64,000 bases of DNA, taken from assembly GCA_049903315.1 (NCBI GenBank), contig JBNGBT010000003.1:64001-128000 (forward strand), in the 5' to 3' direction. The stretch comes from Candidatus Cloacimonadota bacterium. GTDB taxonomy: Bacteria; Cloacimonadota; Cloacimonadia; JGIOTU-2. Of the stretch, positions 20,008 through 29,792 are shown piece after piece. Within the stretch, counting starts at the first letter, position 1. Each line of letters starts with the position of its first letter. A model generated the notes under the pieces. That model worked only from the letters and a program-made list of their open reading frames with translations, did not search any database and was not told the origin of the DNA. The position numbers and the translations under genes are program-made.

Positions 20008-20754
20008 ATGAATGTAGAAATTAAAAACCTGTCTGTTGATATCGAAGAAGATATCATCATGAAGAATATTTCTTTTTCTATTGAAGAGCATCAGTCCTGC
20101 ATAATTATCGGCTCGTATGGCTACTATAACGGCATTTTGCTGAATGTGCTCGGTGGATTTTATCATCCTGCTGACGGAACTGTGTTTATTGCAGGGAAAG
20201 ATATTTATTCCAAAACTGAAGATGAAGTCATAGATCTGAGAAAGAAGATATCTTTTGTTTTTCAGGAAGGCGCGTTTCTTTCAAACCTGACTGTTCTTGA
20301 GAACTTGCTTTTGCCGGTAAAATTCTATGCAAAGAAATTTCAGAAGACAAAGATCATGAAGGAGATCAGGGATTATTGTGAGTACTTTGATGTACCTCCT
20401 GTTCTTGATAAGCGTCCCGCATTTATATCCTACACTTCGAAAAAAATACTTTCACTTATACGGGCACTCATTACTCATCCTGAAATAATTATCATCAATA
20501 AACCGCTATTTAATTTGGATATCAGAAATCAGATCAAAGTAATAAATTTGTTGAAAGACGTGAAAAAACAAGGCATGACCTTTATTATTTCAAGCAATTC
20601 CTTCGATGTGATAAAATCTCTTGCTAATCAGGTCGTGCATATCGAGAAGGGCTCGGTCCAGAAAATTATGTATGCAAAAAATAAAGATTTTTTAAAAGAA
20701 ATAAAACAATTAGATATATTATCAGACTTAGTAGGAGTCGAAGATGAAGTTTAA
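20008..20754 (+). CDS. MlaF-like ABC ATP-binding-fold protein with degenerate catalytic motifs
   Basis: ABC scaffold retained (ISFVFQEGAFLSNLTVLENLLLP, RALITHPEI), but the Walker A/B, signature and H-loop residues are replaced. Confidence 0.8.
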   Translation: MNVEIKNLSVDIEEDIIMKNISFSIEEHQSCIIIGSYGYYNGILLNVLGGFYHPADGTVFIAGKDIYSKTEDEVIDLRKKISFVFQEGAFLSNLTVLENLLLPVKFYAKKFQKTKIMKEIRDYCEYFDVPPVLDKRPAFISYTSKKILSLIRALITHPEIIIINKPLFNLDIRNQIKVINLLKDVKKQGMTFIISSNSFDVIKSLANQVVHIEKGSVQKIMYAKNKDFLKEIKQLDILSDLVGVEDEV

Positions 20755-21790
20755 ATTCAAACATACAGATAAAATCGTGGGTATATTCTTTCTCGTTGCA
20801 GTAGTAGCACTCATTTTTACCCTGGTAGTGGTTGCTGTTTCCAAGCGGATATTTGATAGAAAATATTATTTCACGACCCAGTTTGTTGATGCCACAGGGC
20901 TTTCAAGTTCCACAAAATTATTTTTTAAAGGTTACGAGATCGGGAAATTGAAAAAATATACTCTCAATATTAATAATCAAATCGATGCTGAGCTGGTTGT
21001 GTATAAAGAGTTCAGGAATAAGATCGTGGAGAATTCTGCAATTTTCAAAGCAACGAATCCTATAACTGGAAAGAGCACGATGGAATTTCTACAAGGACCG
21101 GACTGGAGCAAGGTGCTTGCAGAGGGTGAGTTCATTCCTTCTCTTGGCTCAGCAGCGGGAAAGCAGTTGCTCAAAGAAGGCCTTGTAAAGAAGAGTGGCG
21201 ATATGATGGAATCCGTGCTGAAAAATGTAGATCAGCTTTTGTATAACCTCACTCAGGATGAAAATCCTGATCAGGGAGCGCTTTTCCGCATGGTGTATAA
21301 TCTTGCAAACATGACAGATAAAATGGATGAGTCGTTGGAGAACGTCAATGCGATATTGGTATCATTGCAGAAGGATAATAATCCTGAAGACGGTGCAATG
21401 TTCCGTATTCTCAGCAATGTTGCAGACCTCACTGATGATTTTAAAGGCACTGCTGCACAGCTCGACGAAATGCTGGCAAATTACAAAAATCCAGATGATC
21501 TCATCGTAAAGCTGATCGATCCTGATAGAGAAAATCTCATATTTCCTATGCGAGATATGTTGCTCAATCTGAATGAAAATCTTGTTTCTATGAATAAAAT
21601 ACTGGAATTCATGTATATGCAGATGCCCGAATTTGCGGATATCCTGGCAAAGAGCAAAGTGTCGCTGCAAACCGCTCAGAAAACGCTGGAAGCCCTCAAC
21701 AACAATCCCTTCCTGCGCGGAGGCATCAAAGAGGAAGCTCCAACCCAGCAAAAAAATACAAAAATCAGATTAATGGATTTAGACCAATGA
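20744..21790 (+). CDS. mlaD: MlaD/MCE-family protein with a long helical C-terminus
   Basis: N-terminal TM, then F.DATGL...FKGYEIG (MCE domain), then coiled helical repeats. Confidence 0.85.
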   Translation: MKFKFKHTDKIVGIFFLVAVVALIFTLVVVAVSKRIFDRKYYFTTQFVDATGLSSSTKLFFKGYEIGKLKKYTLNINNQIDAELVVYKEFRNKIVENSAIFKATNPITGKSTMEFLQGPDWSKVLAEGEFIPSLGSAAGKQLLKEGLVKKSGDMMESVLKNVDQLLYNLTQDENPDQGALFRMVYNLANMTDKMDESLENVNAILVSLQKDNNPEDGAMFRILSNVADLTDDFKGTAAQLDEMLANYKNPDDLIVKLIDPDRENLIFPMRDMLLNLNENLVSMNKILEFMYMQMPEFADILAKSKVSLQTAQKTLEALNNNPFLRGGIKEEAPTQQKNTKIRLMDLDQ

Positions 21791-22638
21791 AAAAAATAAT
21801 ATTATTCTGCGGACTTATCGCACTCGTCGCTTGCTCGAGTCTTCCCAAATATGTTGATCTGCAATCCACAAAGGATGCAAACGATGCTATGAAGCGCGCA
21901 CAAAGTGCAGAAGCCGTCGGGTATTATCCGCAGGCGCAGCTTCTTTTTGAAAAAGCGTTCGACCTCTATACCAGTGTGGACAATCTGAAGGGAATCATTA
22001 TTTCCGGTCTTGCAGTGGCGCGGCAGTATTATTACTTGGATAATATGGAGCAATACGATATGTGGTATATGAAAATGTCCGTCATCGCACACAACGATGC
22101 GCCGGATTTCATCCCGCTTCTCTATCTTCTGCAGATGGAAGTTGCTTTTGATAAGGGAGAGTACGGCAGAGTGGTTACACTATCCCTCGCAGTGGAGACA
22201 ACTCAAAAGGAAATGCAGACGGAGTTGCTTTCATATAGATTACTGGCACTCTTGAAAACAGGTCAACCCTACCAAAAGGAGTTCGAGAAGATCAAACACA
22301 ATATTCCCGGTTTGCGTTCCATGTTCAAAAAGAACAAGCTCGATGACCCAAAGATAGTTTCCTATGCTGCCTATACTCTTGGCTACGCAATGAGCAAAGA
22401 GAAGCAATGGGTAAAAGCAATAGAATTCTTTGAAGTAGCACACAAATATGATCAACTTATCGAGAATACAGGCGGGCTTGCTGACGATGTGTATGCAATG
22501 GGAGTTGCCTATGATAAGCTTGGCGATACTGAAATGGCGTTGAGCTGTTATATCCGAGCGCGGGATATGTATGATATCATCAAAGATGAGGAGATGAGTT
22601 CGGTCGTAGAAACAAAGATCAAAAATATATTAGAATAG
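21787..22638 (+). CDS. TPR-repeat lipoprotein
   Basis: LVAC lipobox and TPR-like helices. Start overlaps the mlaD stop (ATGA). Confidence 0.75.
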   Translation: MKKIILFCGLIALVACSSLPKYVDLQSTKDANDAMKRAQSAEAVGYYPQAQLLFEKAFDLYTSVDNLKGIIISGLAVARQYYYLDNMEQYDMWYMKMSVIAHNDAPDFIPLLYLLQMEVAFDKGEYGRVVTLSLAVETTQKEMQTELLSYRLLALLKTGQPYQKEFEKIKHNIPGLRSMFKKNKLDDPKIVSYAAYTLGYAMSKEKQWVKAIEFFEVAHKYDQLIENTGGLADDVYAMGVAYDKLGDTEMALSCYIRARDMYDIIKDEEMSSVVETKIKNILE

Positions 22639-22694
22639 AGCTGAGATTAAGGGAATTGGGCTGAAATTTTTGGATGCTAAAAATATATGTACGT

Positions 22695-23564
22695 ATGATC
22701 AAAGAAATACTCGCCAAAACAATTCTCAATAATGTAAAACAGCCGGATACATGGTTTGGACTGCGCTACAATTTGAACCTCTACCGAGGATGCCAGCACC
22801 AGTGCATCTATTGTGATTCCAGAAGCGATTGTTATCATATCGAGGATTTTGCCGATATCCTGATCAAAACAAATGCAATTGAAGTCTTGAAGGATGAACT
22901 TCCGAGAAAACGAAAGAAGGGAACCATAGGTTTTGGCTCAATGAATGATCCATACATGCCGATCGAAAAGGAAAGGGAACTTACAAGAAAAGCGCTGGAA
23001 GTAATTAATAAGAATCACTTTCCTGTTCATATTCTTACGAAAAGCACTTTGGTTTTAAGGGATATTGATATACTAAAAAAGATGGCTGAGCACTATGCAG
23101 CAGTGAGTTTTACTATTACTACAGCATATGATGGACTGTGCAAAAAGCTTGAACCCGGTGCACCTGTAGCGTCCGAAAGGTTTGCTGCGATGAAGGAGTT
23201 GAGCGAGAATGGGATTTATACAGGAATACTTATGATGCCCATTCTGCCTTTTATTGAGGATACGAAAGAAAATGTTGAAGCGATCGTGTCACGAGCAGCT
23301 GAGAGTGGCGCATCGTATATCATTCCATGGTTTGGCATGTCTATGAGAAGCGGACAGCGCGAGTATTTTTATGCAAAATTGGACGAACTCTTTCCCAGAT
23401 TGAGAGCAAAATATGAGATTAGATTTGGGGAGCAGTATCAGTGTTCAGTTCCTCATGCCAAAGAGTTGTCTCACTATTTTGATGAGATATCTAAAAAGTA
23501 CGGCATTACTAAAAAGATGAATGTGTATGAGGAGAAAAGAGAGCAGGAAGAGTTGTTTGGATGA
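22695..23564 (+). CDS. Radical SAM protein (SPL-like/Rv2578c-type family)
   Basis: NLYRGCQHQCIYCDSRS (CxxxCxxC), GSMNDPY, ILTKS and LEPGAP. Confidence 0.88.
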   Translation: MIKEILAKTILNNVKQPDTWFGLRYNLNLYRGCQHQCIYCDSRSDCYHIEDFADILIKTNAIEVLKDELPRKRKKGTIGFGSMNDPYMPIEKERELTRKALEVINKNHFPVHILTKSTLVLRDIDILKKMAEHYAAVSFTITTAYDGLCKKLEPGAPVASERFAAMKELSENGIYTGILMMPILPFIEDTKENVEAIVSRAAESGASYIIPWFGMSMRSGQREYFYAKLDELFPRLRAKYEIRFGEQYQCSVPHAKELSHYFDEISKKYGITKKMNVYEEKREQEELFG

Positions 23565-23594
23565 TAAACTTATTTTTTAAATTTCTAAATCCGA

Positions 23595-23762
23595 ATGTCT
23601 GATAAAATTTCAAAGCACAAAACTTTTCTTGATGAAGAAAGAAGTGCCGGCAAACACTCAATTTCCACCACAGTTGACAATTTCTCATCAGGTATTTATT
23701 TTACCAACCTGAGTATTGACGGAGTTCAAAAAGAAGTCAGTAAAGTAGTGGTGTTGAGGTAA
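23595..23762 (+). pseudogene. Orphan 3' remnant of a secretion C-terminal sorting domain
   Basis: Translates as ...FLDEERSAGKHSISTTVDNFSSGIYFTNLSIDGVQKEVSKVVVLR*. This closely matches the C-terminus of the next gene (...LSSGIYFTKLTIDGVDKEVSKVVVLR*). Confidence 0.75.
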
Positions 23763-23784
23763 AAATTCTGAAAATAAGGATTTA

Positions 23785-26517
23785 ATGAAAAAGTTAATAT
23801 TGTTTGCTGTTTTGTTTATTTGCTCAAACTTATTGGCGCAAAATCGAGATATTCCTGTAACACGAGATTTAAATCCCGATGCCGTGTATGATACCTACCA
23901 GGACTGGATTGCCAAAAATCCGCCGCAAATAACCAATGCTTTTGAAGTAAGCAGAATGCACACAAATCAAAGAGATGAGGGACTCCTGATACTAGTTAAC
24001 AGCGACCTGTATGAACATATTGAACATTCACTGATTGTGTATCAGCAGGATTTGGCAGATGACGGATTCAATTCATATATCGTGGTATTCGAAGGTACAT
24101 CATCTGCTGATCTTAAACAGGAGATACTTTTGTACTATCAGTTGGAAAGCATTATAAATGTGGTTCTTATAGGAAACCTGCCGGTTGCATGGTACGAAAT
24201 GTTTGAAGACTGGAATGACAATGGAGTGCAAGATCCCGACGAAAACTGGGTTGAGTTTCCATGTGATCTTTATTTCACTGATATAGATGGGATATGGGTT
24301 GATTTTGATGAGGACGGCATTCTTGATTATCATGGAGGTGAGCAGCATCCGGAACTCGCCATAGGCAGGATAGTTGCCAATAATATGAGTATGGTTGATG
24401 CATCTGAATATGAACTTGTGAATAGTTATTTTCAGCGCAATCACCTTTTCAGGTCTGGCGTCATTACTAGCCACTATTTTTCTCTGGCATATATTGATGA
24501 TGACTGGGCGTATTGGGGAAATGAATATCAGCAGTCAATGCTCTTGGCATATCCTTCAGTCGAACTTGTAAATGATATAGAAGAAACCAACGCTGGAGAT
24601 TATCTTAATAATCGTTTGATCTCTGATTATGAACTCATCCAGGTGCATGTTCATTCAGGACCGGATGCCCACTACTTCTATTATAATTCCGGGAGTGATT
24701 ATCAACTTGTACATAATTATGAAATAGCTGCCGTCAATCCTACAGCCCATTTCTATAATCTGTTTGCGTGTTCGAACTCAAGATATACCACTTCGAATAA
24801 TATGGGCGGCATGTATATTTACGGCAGCGAGCACGGTTTGGCAACTTTGGGTTCTACAAAAACGGGCAGTATGCTTGGATTTACCGATTTCTATCACCCT
24901 CTTTCTGAAGATAAAACAATCGGAGAGTCACTGCGTTTATGGTGGGAATTGAATGTGGATACTGCACCATATTCCGGTTGGGAGAGGGCATGGTTCTACG
25001 GTATGATAATTCAAGGAGATCCTTCACTCAGAAGACATTATGATAAACATTCTGGAATTTTTGCATACTTCGAAGCAGACGAATATATCGGTCTAACTCC
25101 TCATTTGGTTCATTTTACAGACCTAAGCGTTCCACCCGACTCGATTGTATCATGGCAATGGGATTTCCAGAATGACGGTATTATTGATTCTTATGAACAG
25201 AATCCTTCCTTTTCATACACCGAGTCAGGGAGTTTTACAGTGTCATTAACAGTAACTGATACGCATGATTCAACAGATACGGAAATCAGGGAAAACTATA
25301 TAAGAGTGGATATTCCTCTTGTGAATAATATTACACAGCATACAGGCTATAGAACAATACAAGAGGGAATTGATAACGCAAATGAAGGTGATGTCATTAT
25401 CCTTGAGGAAAATTGTTATTTTGAAAATATTAATTTCAACGGGAAAAATATTACACTTGCTTCCAAATATTTGACGGAACAGGATACATCGTATATTTCC
25501 CAAACTATTCTTGACGGAAATAATGAAGATGCTGTAGTGAAAATCATAAATGGAGAGGATTCGACAGCTGTTTTAATGGGTTTAACAATAAGAAACGGGT
25601 ATTCAAGTACTGGTGGCGGGATTTGCATTGAGAATTCTTCCCCGTGTTTGTATAATTTAAAAATATCGGATAATAGCTCAACTTCCGGAGGTGGCATTTT
25701 CTGCCAAAATTCTTACAGTACTGTAAAAAACTCAATCATTTCAAATAATAGTTCTGTCTATTATGGCGGTGGTGTTTTTTGCAATAAATCTTCACCGGAC
25801 TTTGTAAATGTAACAGTTGAGGGTAATAGTTCAGCTTATCAGGGGGGCGGTATTTCCTGTTATAATAGTTCTGAACCGGTTTTAACAAATACAATTTTCT
25901 GGAACAATAATCCGCAGGAAATTTACTTTAGTGGAATATTAGATCCGAATGAAATTACTATAAATTACTCTGATGTTCAAGGTGGCGTGACGGGAATAAC
26001 GACAAATAATAACGGGGCAATACACTGGCTCTTTGGTAATATTGATGATGATCCATTATTTGCCGATCCTCTCAATGGAGACTATCATCTGAGCTGGACA
26101 AATTACCCAATTACTGATTCAACAAAGTCGCCATGTATCGATGCGGGAGATCCGAGCTCTCCATTGGATCCAGATGGTACTATCGCTGATATAGGAGCAT
26201 ATTACTTCAATCAAAATGTTTCAGTTGATGATCCGCAGGGAACTTGGCTATATATGCTTACAAATTATCCTAATCCAATTTTTATAAACAATAGCGATCT
26301 CTCAGTGAGTTTTTCTATTCATAAGCCAAGCAGAGTTAAAATTCAACTTTACAATATCAAAGGACAACTTGTTTCAACACTTATTAATGAAAATAAAAAT
26401 ATCGGAAATCACACAGTTACTTGTTTCGTTGAAGCGTTGTCATCAGGTATTTATTTTACAAAACTTACTATTGATGGAGTTGATAAAGAAGTAAGTAAGG
26501 TCGTGGTGTTGAGGTAG
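23785..26517 (+). CDS. Secreted C25 (gingipain-like) cysteine peptidase + PKD + beta-helix + C-terminal sorting domain
   Basis: VVLIGNLP, CDLYFTD.DG and ELAIGRI, with the catalytic His/Cys region VHSGP...FACSN. PKD signature SWQWDFQNDG...QNPSFSY, GGGI repeats, and NYPNP...YNIKGQLV...SGIYF. Confidence 0.85.
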   Translation: MKKLILFAVLFICSNLLAQNRDIPVTRDLNPDAVYDTYQDWIAKNPPQITNAFEVSRMHTNQRDEGLLILVNSDLYEHIEHSLIVYQQDLADDGFNSYIVVFEGTSSADLKQEILLYYQLESIINVVLIGNLPVAWYEMFEDWNDNGVQDPDENWVEFPCDLYFTDIDGIWVDFDEDGILDYHGGEQHPELAIGRIVANNMSMVDASEYELVNSYFQRNHLFRSGVITSHYFSLAYIDDDWAYWGNEYQQSMLLAYPSVELVNDIEETNAGDYLNNRLISDYELIQVHVHSGPDAHYFYYNSGSDYQLVHNYEIAAVNPTAHFYNLFACSNSRYTTSNNMGGMYIYGSEHGLATLGSTKTGSMLGFTDFYHPLSEDKTIGESLRLWWELNVDTAPYSGWERAWFYGMIIQGDPSLRRHYDKHSGIFAYFEADEYIGLTPHLVHFTDLSVPPDSIVSWQWDFQNDGIIDSYEQNPSFSYTESGSFTVSLTVTDTHDSTDTEIRENYIRVDIPLVNNITQHTGYRTIQEGIDNANEGDVIILEENCYFENINFNGKNITLASKYLTEQDTSYISQTILDGNNEDAVVKIINGEDSTAVLMGLTIRNGYSSTGGGICIENSSPCLYNLKISDNSSTSGGGIFCQNSYSTVKNSIISNNSSVYYGGGVFCNKSSPDFVNVTVEGNSSAYQGGGISCYNSSEPVLTNTIFWNNNPQEIYFSGILDPNEITINYSDVQGGVTGITTNNNGAIHWLFGNIDDDPLFADPLNGDYHLSWTNYPITDSTKSPCIDAGDPSSPLDPDGTIADIGAYYFNQNVSVDDPQGTWLYMLTNYPNPIFINNSDLSVSFSIHKPSRVKIQLYNIKGQLVSTLINENKNIGNHTVTCFVEALSSGIYFTKLTIDGVDKEVSKVVVLR

Positions 26518-26776
26518 GAAAATGCTCAATATAAAAAAACTTCTCAATTAATGCAGTTGAGTTTTCATTCGCCATCTTTATTTTCTCTGTAGTGCTCTAT
26601 TGATGCCACTCACATCTGCAAATTATATTATGTATTCATAAATTTGGACAATTTGGAGAAAATATTGACAGCTAAAGCAAAATTCAATCAAATTCATCTC
26701 GTTGTTTTGTGAATATTTTTTGAGTGCTCTATTATTTGCGTATATGGGTTTTACTATAGTAAAAAACCCATGAAGG

Positions 26777-27619
26777 GTGAATCAAATGAAAAGGATAATT
26801 TTTCTTCTGTTTATTCTTATTTCATTAAAATTTTATCTGTGTTGTGATAATTTACATTGTGTCGTCGAAATTGCATTAAGTTCAATTAGATGTGATAAAT
26901 TTGATATAGTTGCCGAGTTAGACACTGATGGACTAAACATAAAAATCATGAGTGACTTACCATCAAATACAATCATCAATGTAGACGTAGTACGACAATT
27001 CTGGGAGGTCGGATCTTCAAGAAATTATACGATACCATATTATTCTGAATTTACAGCCCTTGCAAGATGGCAAAAAGGTGAAGTCATAAAATTAGATGAT
27101 AATGCATGGCTCAAGGATCTAAATAATAAAAAAGAAACCTTGGAGAAGATGGGAAATCCTATAAAAATAAGTGAGATCAGCGATTGTGTCGAGGTTCAGG
27201 TTTATCTGCCCCTTCAAGAGGAAAATTTTGGTTTTAATAATAAATATCTTACAGGCAAAGAGGTTTCGGTTGCCAATATGAATTATATTCAGAAAAACAT
27301 TAAAGTCCTGTCACCATTACTTAATGCTCCGCCAAAATCAAAATTAAGCATTACCGGCAAGTGGATTGACACGTCAGAGGTGCGTCCTGTAGGAATTGTT
27401 TATGTTCACCAGGAGCAGGGTGTCATTCATGTAGATTTTCTCCATAATAATGGAAGCGTGACCAAGTATGAAGCGATTGAGTTTAATGTTGAAAACGATA
27501 CGCGATATTATATAAAAAATAATTATGATGGGGAATATTTTATTATACGAAATGATGGGAATCTATATTGGTATGATGATTTTGGATTGGTAATGAAATG
27601 TTATAAGTATAATGAGTAA
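26777..27619 (+). CDS. Hypothetical exported protein
   Basis: 280-aa ORF with an N-terminal hydrophobic signal. AT-rich, with no motif recognised. Confidence 0.65.
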   Translation: MNQMKRIIFLLFILISLKFYLCCDNLHCVVEIALSSIRCDKFDIVAELDTDGLNIKIMSDLPSNTIINVDVVRQFWEVGSSRNYTIPYYSEFTALARWQKGEVIKLDDNAWLKDLNNKKETLEKMGNPIKISEISDCVEVQVYLPLQEENFGFNNKYLTGKEVSVANMNYIQKNIKVLSPLLNAPPKSKLSITGKWIDTSEVRPVGIVYVHQEQGVIHVDFLHNNGSVTKYEAIEFNVENDTRYYIKNNYDGEYFIIRNDGNLYWYDDFGLVMKCYKYNE

Positions 27620-27747
27620 CAATTCAGATCAAATTCAGTAATTCCAACAATATCCATTCCGTTTACATTAATTTCTGCCATCACTTCTTTACTATATAAC
27701 AAGACACAGTGTCAGTCTTCGTGTGTCGCTCCGCTCCAAGCGAAGAC

Positions 27748-27823
27748 TGGTGGAGCTAACGGGGCTCGAACCCGTGACCCTTTGTCTGCCAGACAAATGC
27801 TCTCCCAGCTGAGCTATAGCCCC
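27748..27823 (-). tRNA. tRNA-Ala (GGC)
   Basis: Reverse complement GGGGCTATAGCTCAGCTGGGAGAGCATTTGTCTGGCAGACAAAGGGTCACGGGTTCGAGCCCCGTTAGCTCCACCA. 76 nt, G3:U70 pair, anticodon GGC, encoded CCA. Confidence 0.96.
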
Positions 27824-27858
27824 ACGTATTGCGTAAAATCTATGTGCGAGTTTTTATG

Positions 27859-28320
27859 TCAAATTTTGCTGTTTGGAAATTGTTCTTTAATAATAATAGA
27901 AGTAATCTCAGGAATTACCTCAGCAACTTTTTCAGTGCATTTCTCGGAAAAGGTAAAAATATCTTCAACTTCAATCGCATAAATTATAATTTCTTTCGGA
28001 AGATCAGCATCGTGTTTTTTCATAAGTTCGAGTGCGCTGAACATATCCATGTCGTGCGGGGAACTGTGATGGAGTGTGGATTTGAATTCCTCGATGCCAA
28101 ACTTGAAATAATTACCGGGTTGTCCATTCTTGGTTCTGATTGAATCAATTAAGATAAGCTTGTCATAACCGATTATTTCATCAACAACACGAAATCCAGC
28201 AGCACTTGCTTCGATTACATCTATATCAGGTAGTTTTTCCTTGATCAGTCTGGCGACGTGAATCCCAACACCATCATCAGAGAGAATTGTGTTACCAAGT
28301 CCAAGAACAAGGGTTTTCAC
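27859..28320 (-). CDS. Hydrogenase maturation protease
   Basis: LGLGNTILSDDGVG, ILIDSI and SSPHD. Immediately downstream of the large subunit gene. Confidence 0.92.
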   Translation of the reverse strand: MKTLVLGLGNTILSDDGVGIHVARLIKEKLPDIDVIEASAAGFRVVDEIIGYDKLILIDSIRTKNGQPGNYFKFGIEEFKSTLHHSSPHDMDMFSALELMKKHDADLPKEIIIYAIEVEDIFTFSEKCTEKVAEVIPEITSIIIKEQFPNSKI

Positions 28321-28322
28321 GC

Positions 28323-29786
28323 TTAGTCTCTACGAATGGTTTCTACTATTGAATTGTCCTTGTCATGCACGTTTATAATAAGAGGTGTCGAGCCGGGTAA
28401 TGAATGCGTCGCACATGCCATACAGGGGTCATATGCACGGAAAGCCATTTCCACCATGTTTAGCAAACCATCATCAACCTTACCGTTCTTAATAAGGGCT
28501 TTGGCGGCTTTTGCAATAGAAAGTGACATTGCTGCAGAATTTCCAACAGTCGCAACAATCAGGTTTACTGCTTTGACCATTCCCTGCTCATCAGTTTTAT
28601 AATGATGAATAAGTGTACCTCGTGCAGCTTCAACGATGCCAACACCTTCAGATGGTGTCTCAGTAGGTATATTTCTGATATCTGGAGAAATGATCGTTTT
28701 ATCTTCGAGCAGTTCAATAATATGCTCGGATGCGTATAAAGCTTCGATCAAGCGTGCCCAGTGGAATGCCAGCGTGTTATGTGCCGGTTTGCCACCGAGT
28801 GTTTCATACATGCGCTCATATTCTTCTTGAGCCATTGGAGTTGCCATGCCATCAGAAACATTGAGACGCGCAAGAGGAGCAACGCGGTAAATCCCACTTT
28901 TCTTTCCATCTTCAAAGCCTTTCCAGCCGATGGTTTTGAGGAAGGGGAATTTCATATAACTCCAGGGCTCAACGTGTTCTGCGATCTGCTGCAGATATTC
29001 CTCAGGTCCGAATTTTGAAAATTCTTTGCCGTCAGGATCGACCACACGGACTTTGCCGTCATAAAAATTCACTTTATTATTTTCATCGACCAAGCCCATG
29101 TAATAGGTTTTGTGTTTATAAATATCACCGACAATAAGATCAACATATGCATTATTGCCAAGGACAATATTGTTGAATATTTCGATGCTTTCTTTTGCGA
29201 AATCTCGCGCTTCGAGAGCAATTTTCAGGAATTCCAGTCTTTTTTCTTCAGTCAAACCCTTAGAGACACCGCCGGGAAGCCCACCAACAGGATGGATTAT
29301 CCTGCCGGAGAGATACGTAACGATATTTCTTATCTGTCTGCGGTTTTTGATTACTCTGGTCCCGATTTCCAAGCCGACTTTTGCAATAACGCCAAGAATA
29401 TTACGCTCTTTTGCAGGTGCTGATGGTGTGACTACAAAATCAGGACCGCCAAGGAAGAAGAAGTGCAGCATGTGATCTTCAAATATATAGGAATCATAGA
29501 CAAGTTGGCGAAGTTTCTTTGCAGTTTCAGTTGGTTTGACATTATATACGGCATCGACTGTTTTCGTGGAAGCCATATGATGAGCCATGGGACACACACC
29601 GCAAATTCGTGGTGTGATACGTGGCAGTTCTTCGACGGGACGGTCAATGCAAAACTGCTCAAACCCCCTTAATTCAGGAATTTGCAGATATGCATTTTCT
29701 ACATTGCCGCTGTCGTCTAAAAATATTTCTATTTTACCATGGCCTTCCAGCCTGGTAATAGGATCTATAGTGACTTTTGTACCCAT
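28323..29786 (-). CDS. mvhA: [NiFe]-hydrogenase large subunit, MvhA/group 3c type
   Basis: TRLEGHG, L1 PRICGVCPMAH and L2 AFRAYDPCMACATH, followed by a cleavable C-terminal tail. Confidence 0.93.
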   Translation of the reverse strand: MGTKVTIDPITRLEGHGKIEIFLDDSGNVENAYLQIPELRGFEQFCIDRPVEELPRITPRICGVCPMAHHMASTKTVDAVYNVKPTETAKKLRQLVYDSYIFEDHMLHFFFLGGPDFVVTPSAPAKERNILGVIAKVGLEIGTRVIKNRRQIRNIVTYLSGRIIHPVGGLPGGVSKGLTEEKRLEFLKIALEARDFAKESIEIFNNIVLGNNAYVDLIVGDIYKHKTYYMGLVDENNKVNFYDGKVRVVDPDGKEFSKFGPEEYLQQIAEHVEPWSYMKFPFLKTIGWKGFEDGKKSGIYRVAPLARLNVSDGMATPMAQEEYERMYETLGGKPAHNTLAFHWARLIEALYASEHIIELLEDKTIISPDIRNIPTETPSEGVGIVEAARGTLIHHYKTDEQGMVKAVNLIVATVGNSAAMSLSIAKAAKALIKNGKVDDGLLNMVEMAFRAYDPCMACATHSLPGSTPLIINVHDKDNSIVETIRRD

Positions 29787-29792
29787 GATATA

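Noticed and set aside
26520..27823. Integrative island at tRNA-Ala
   Set aside because: I saw no integrase and no duplicate of the tRNA 3' end in the window. There is only one AT-rich hypothetical gene.
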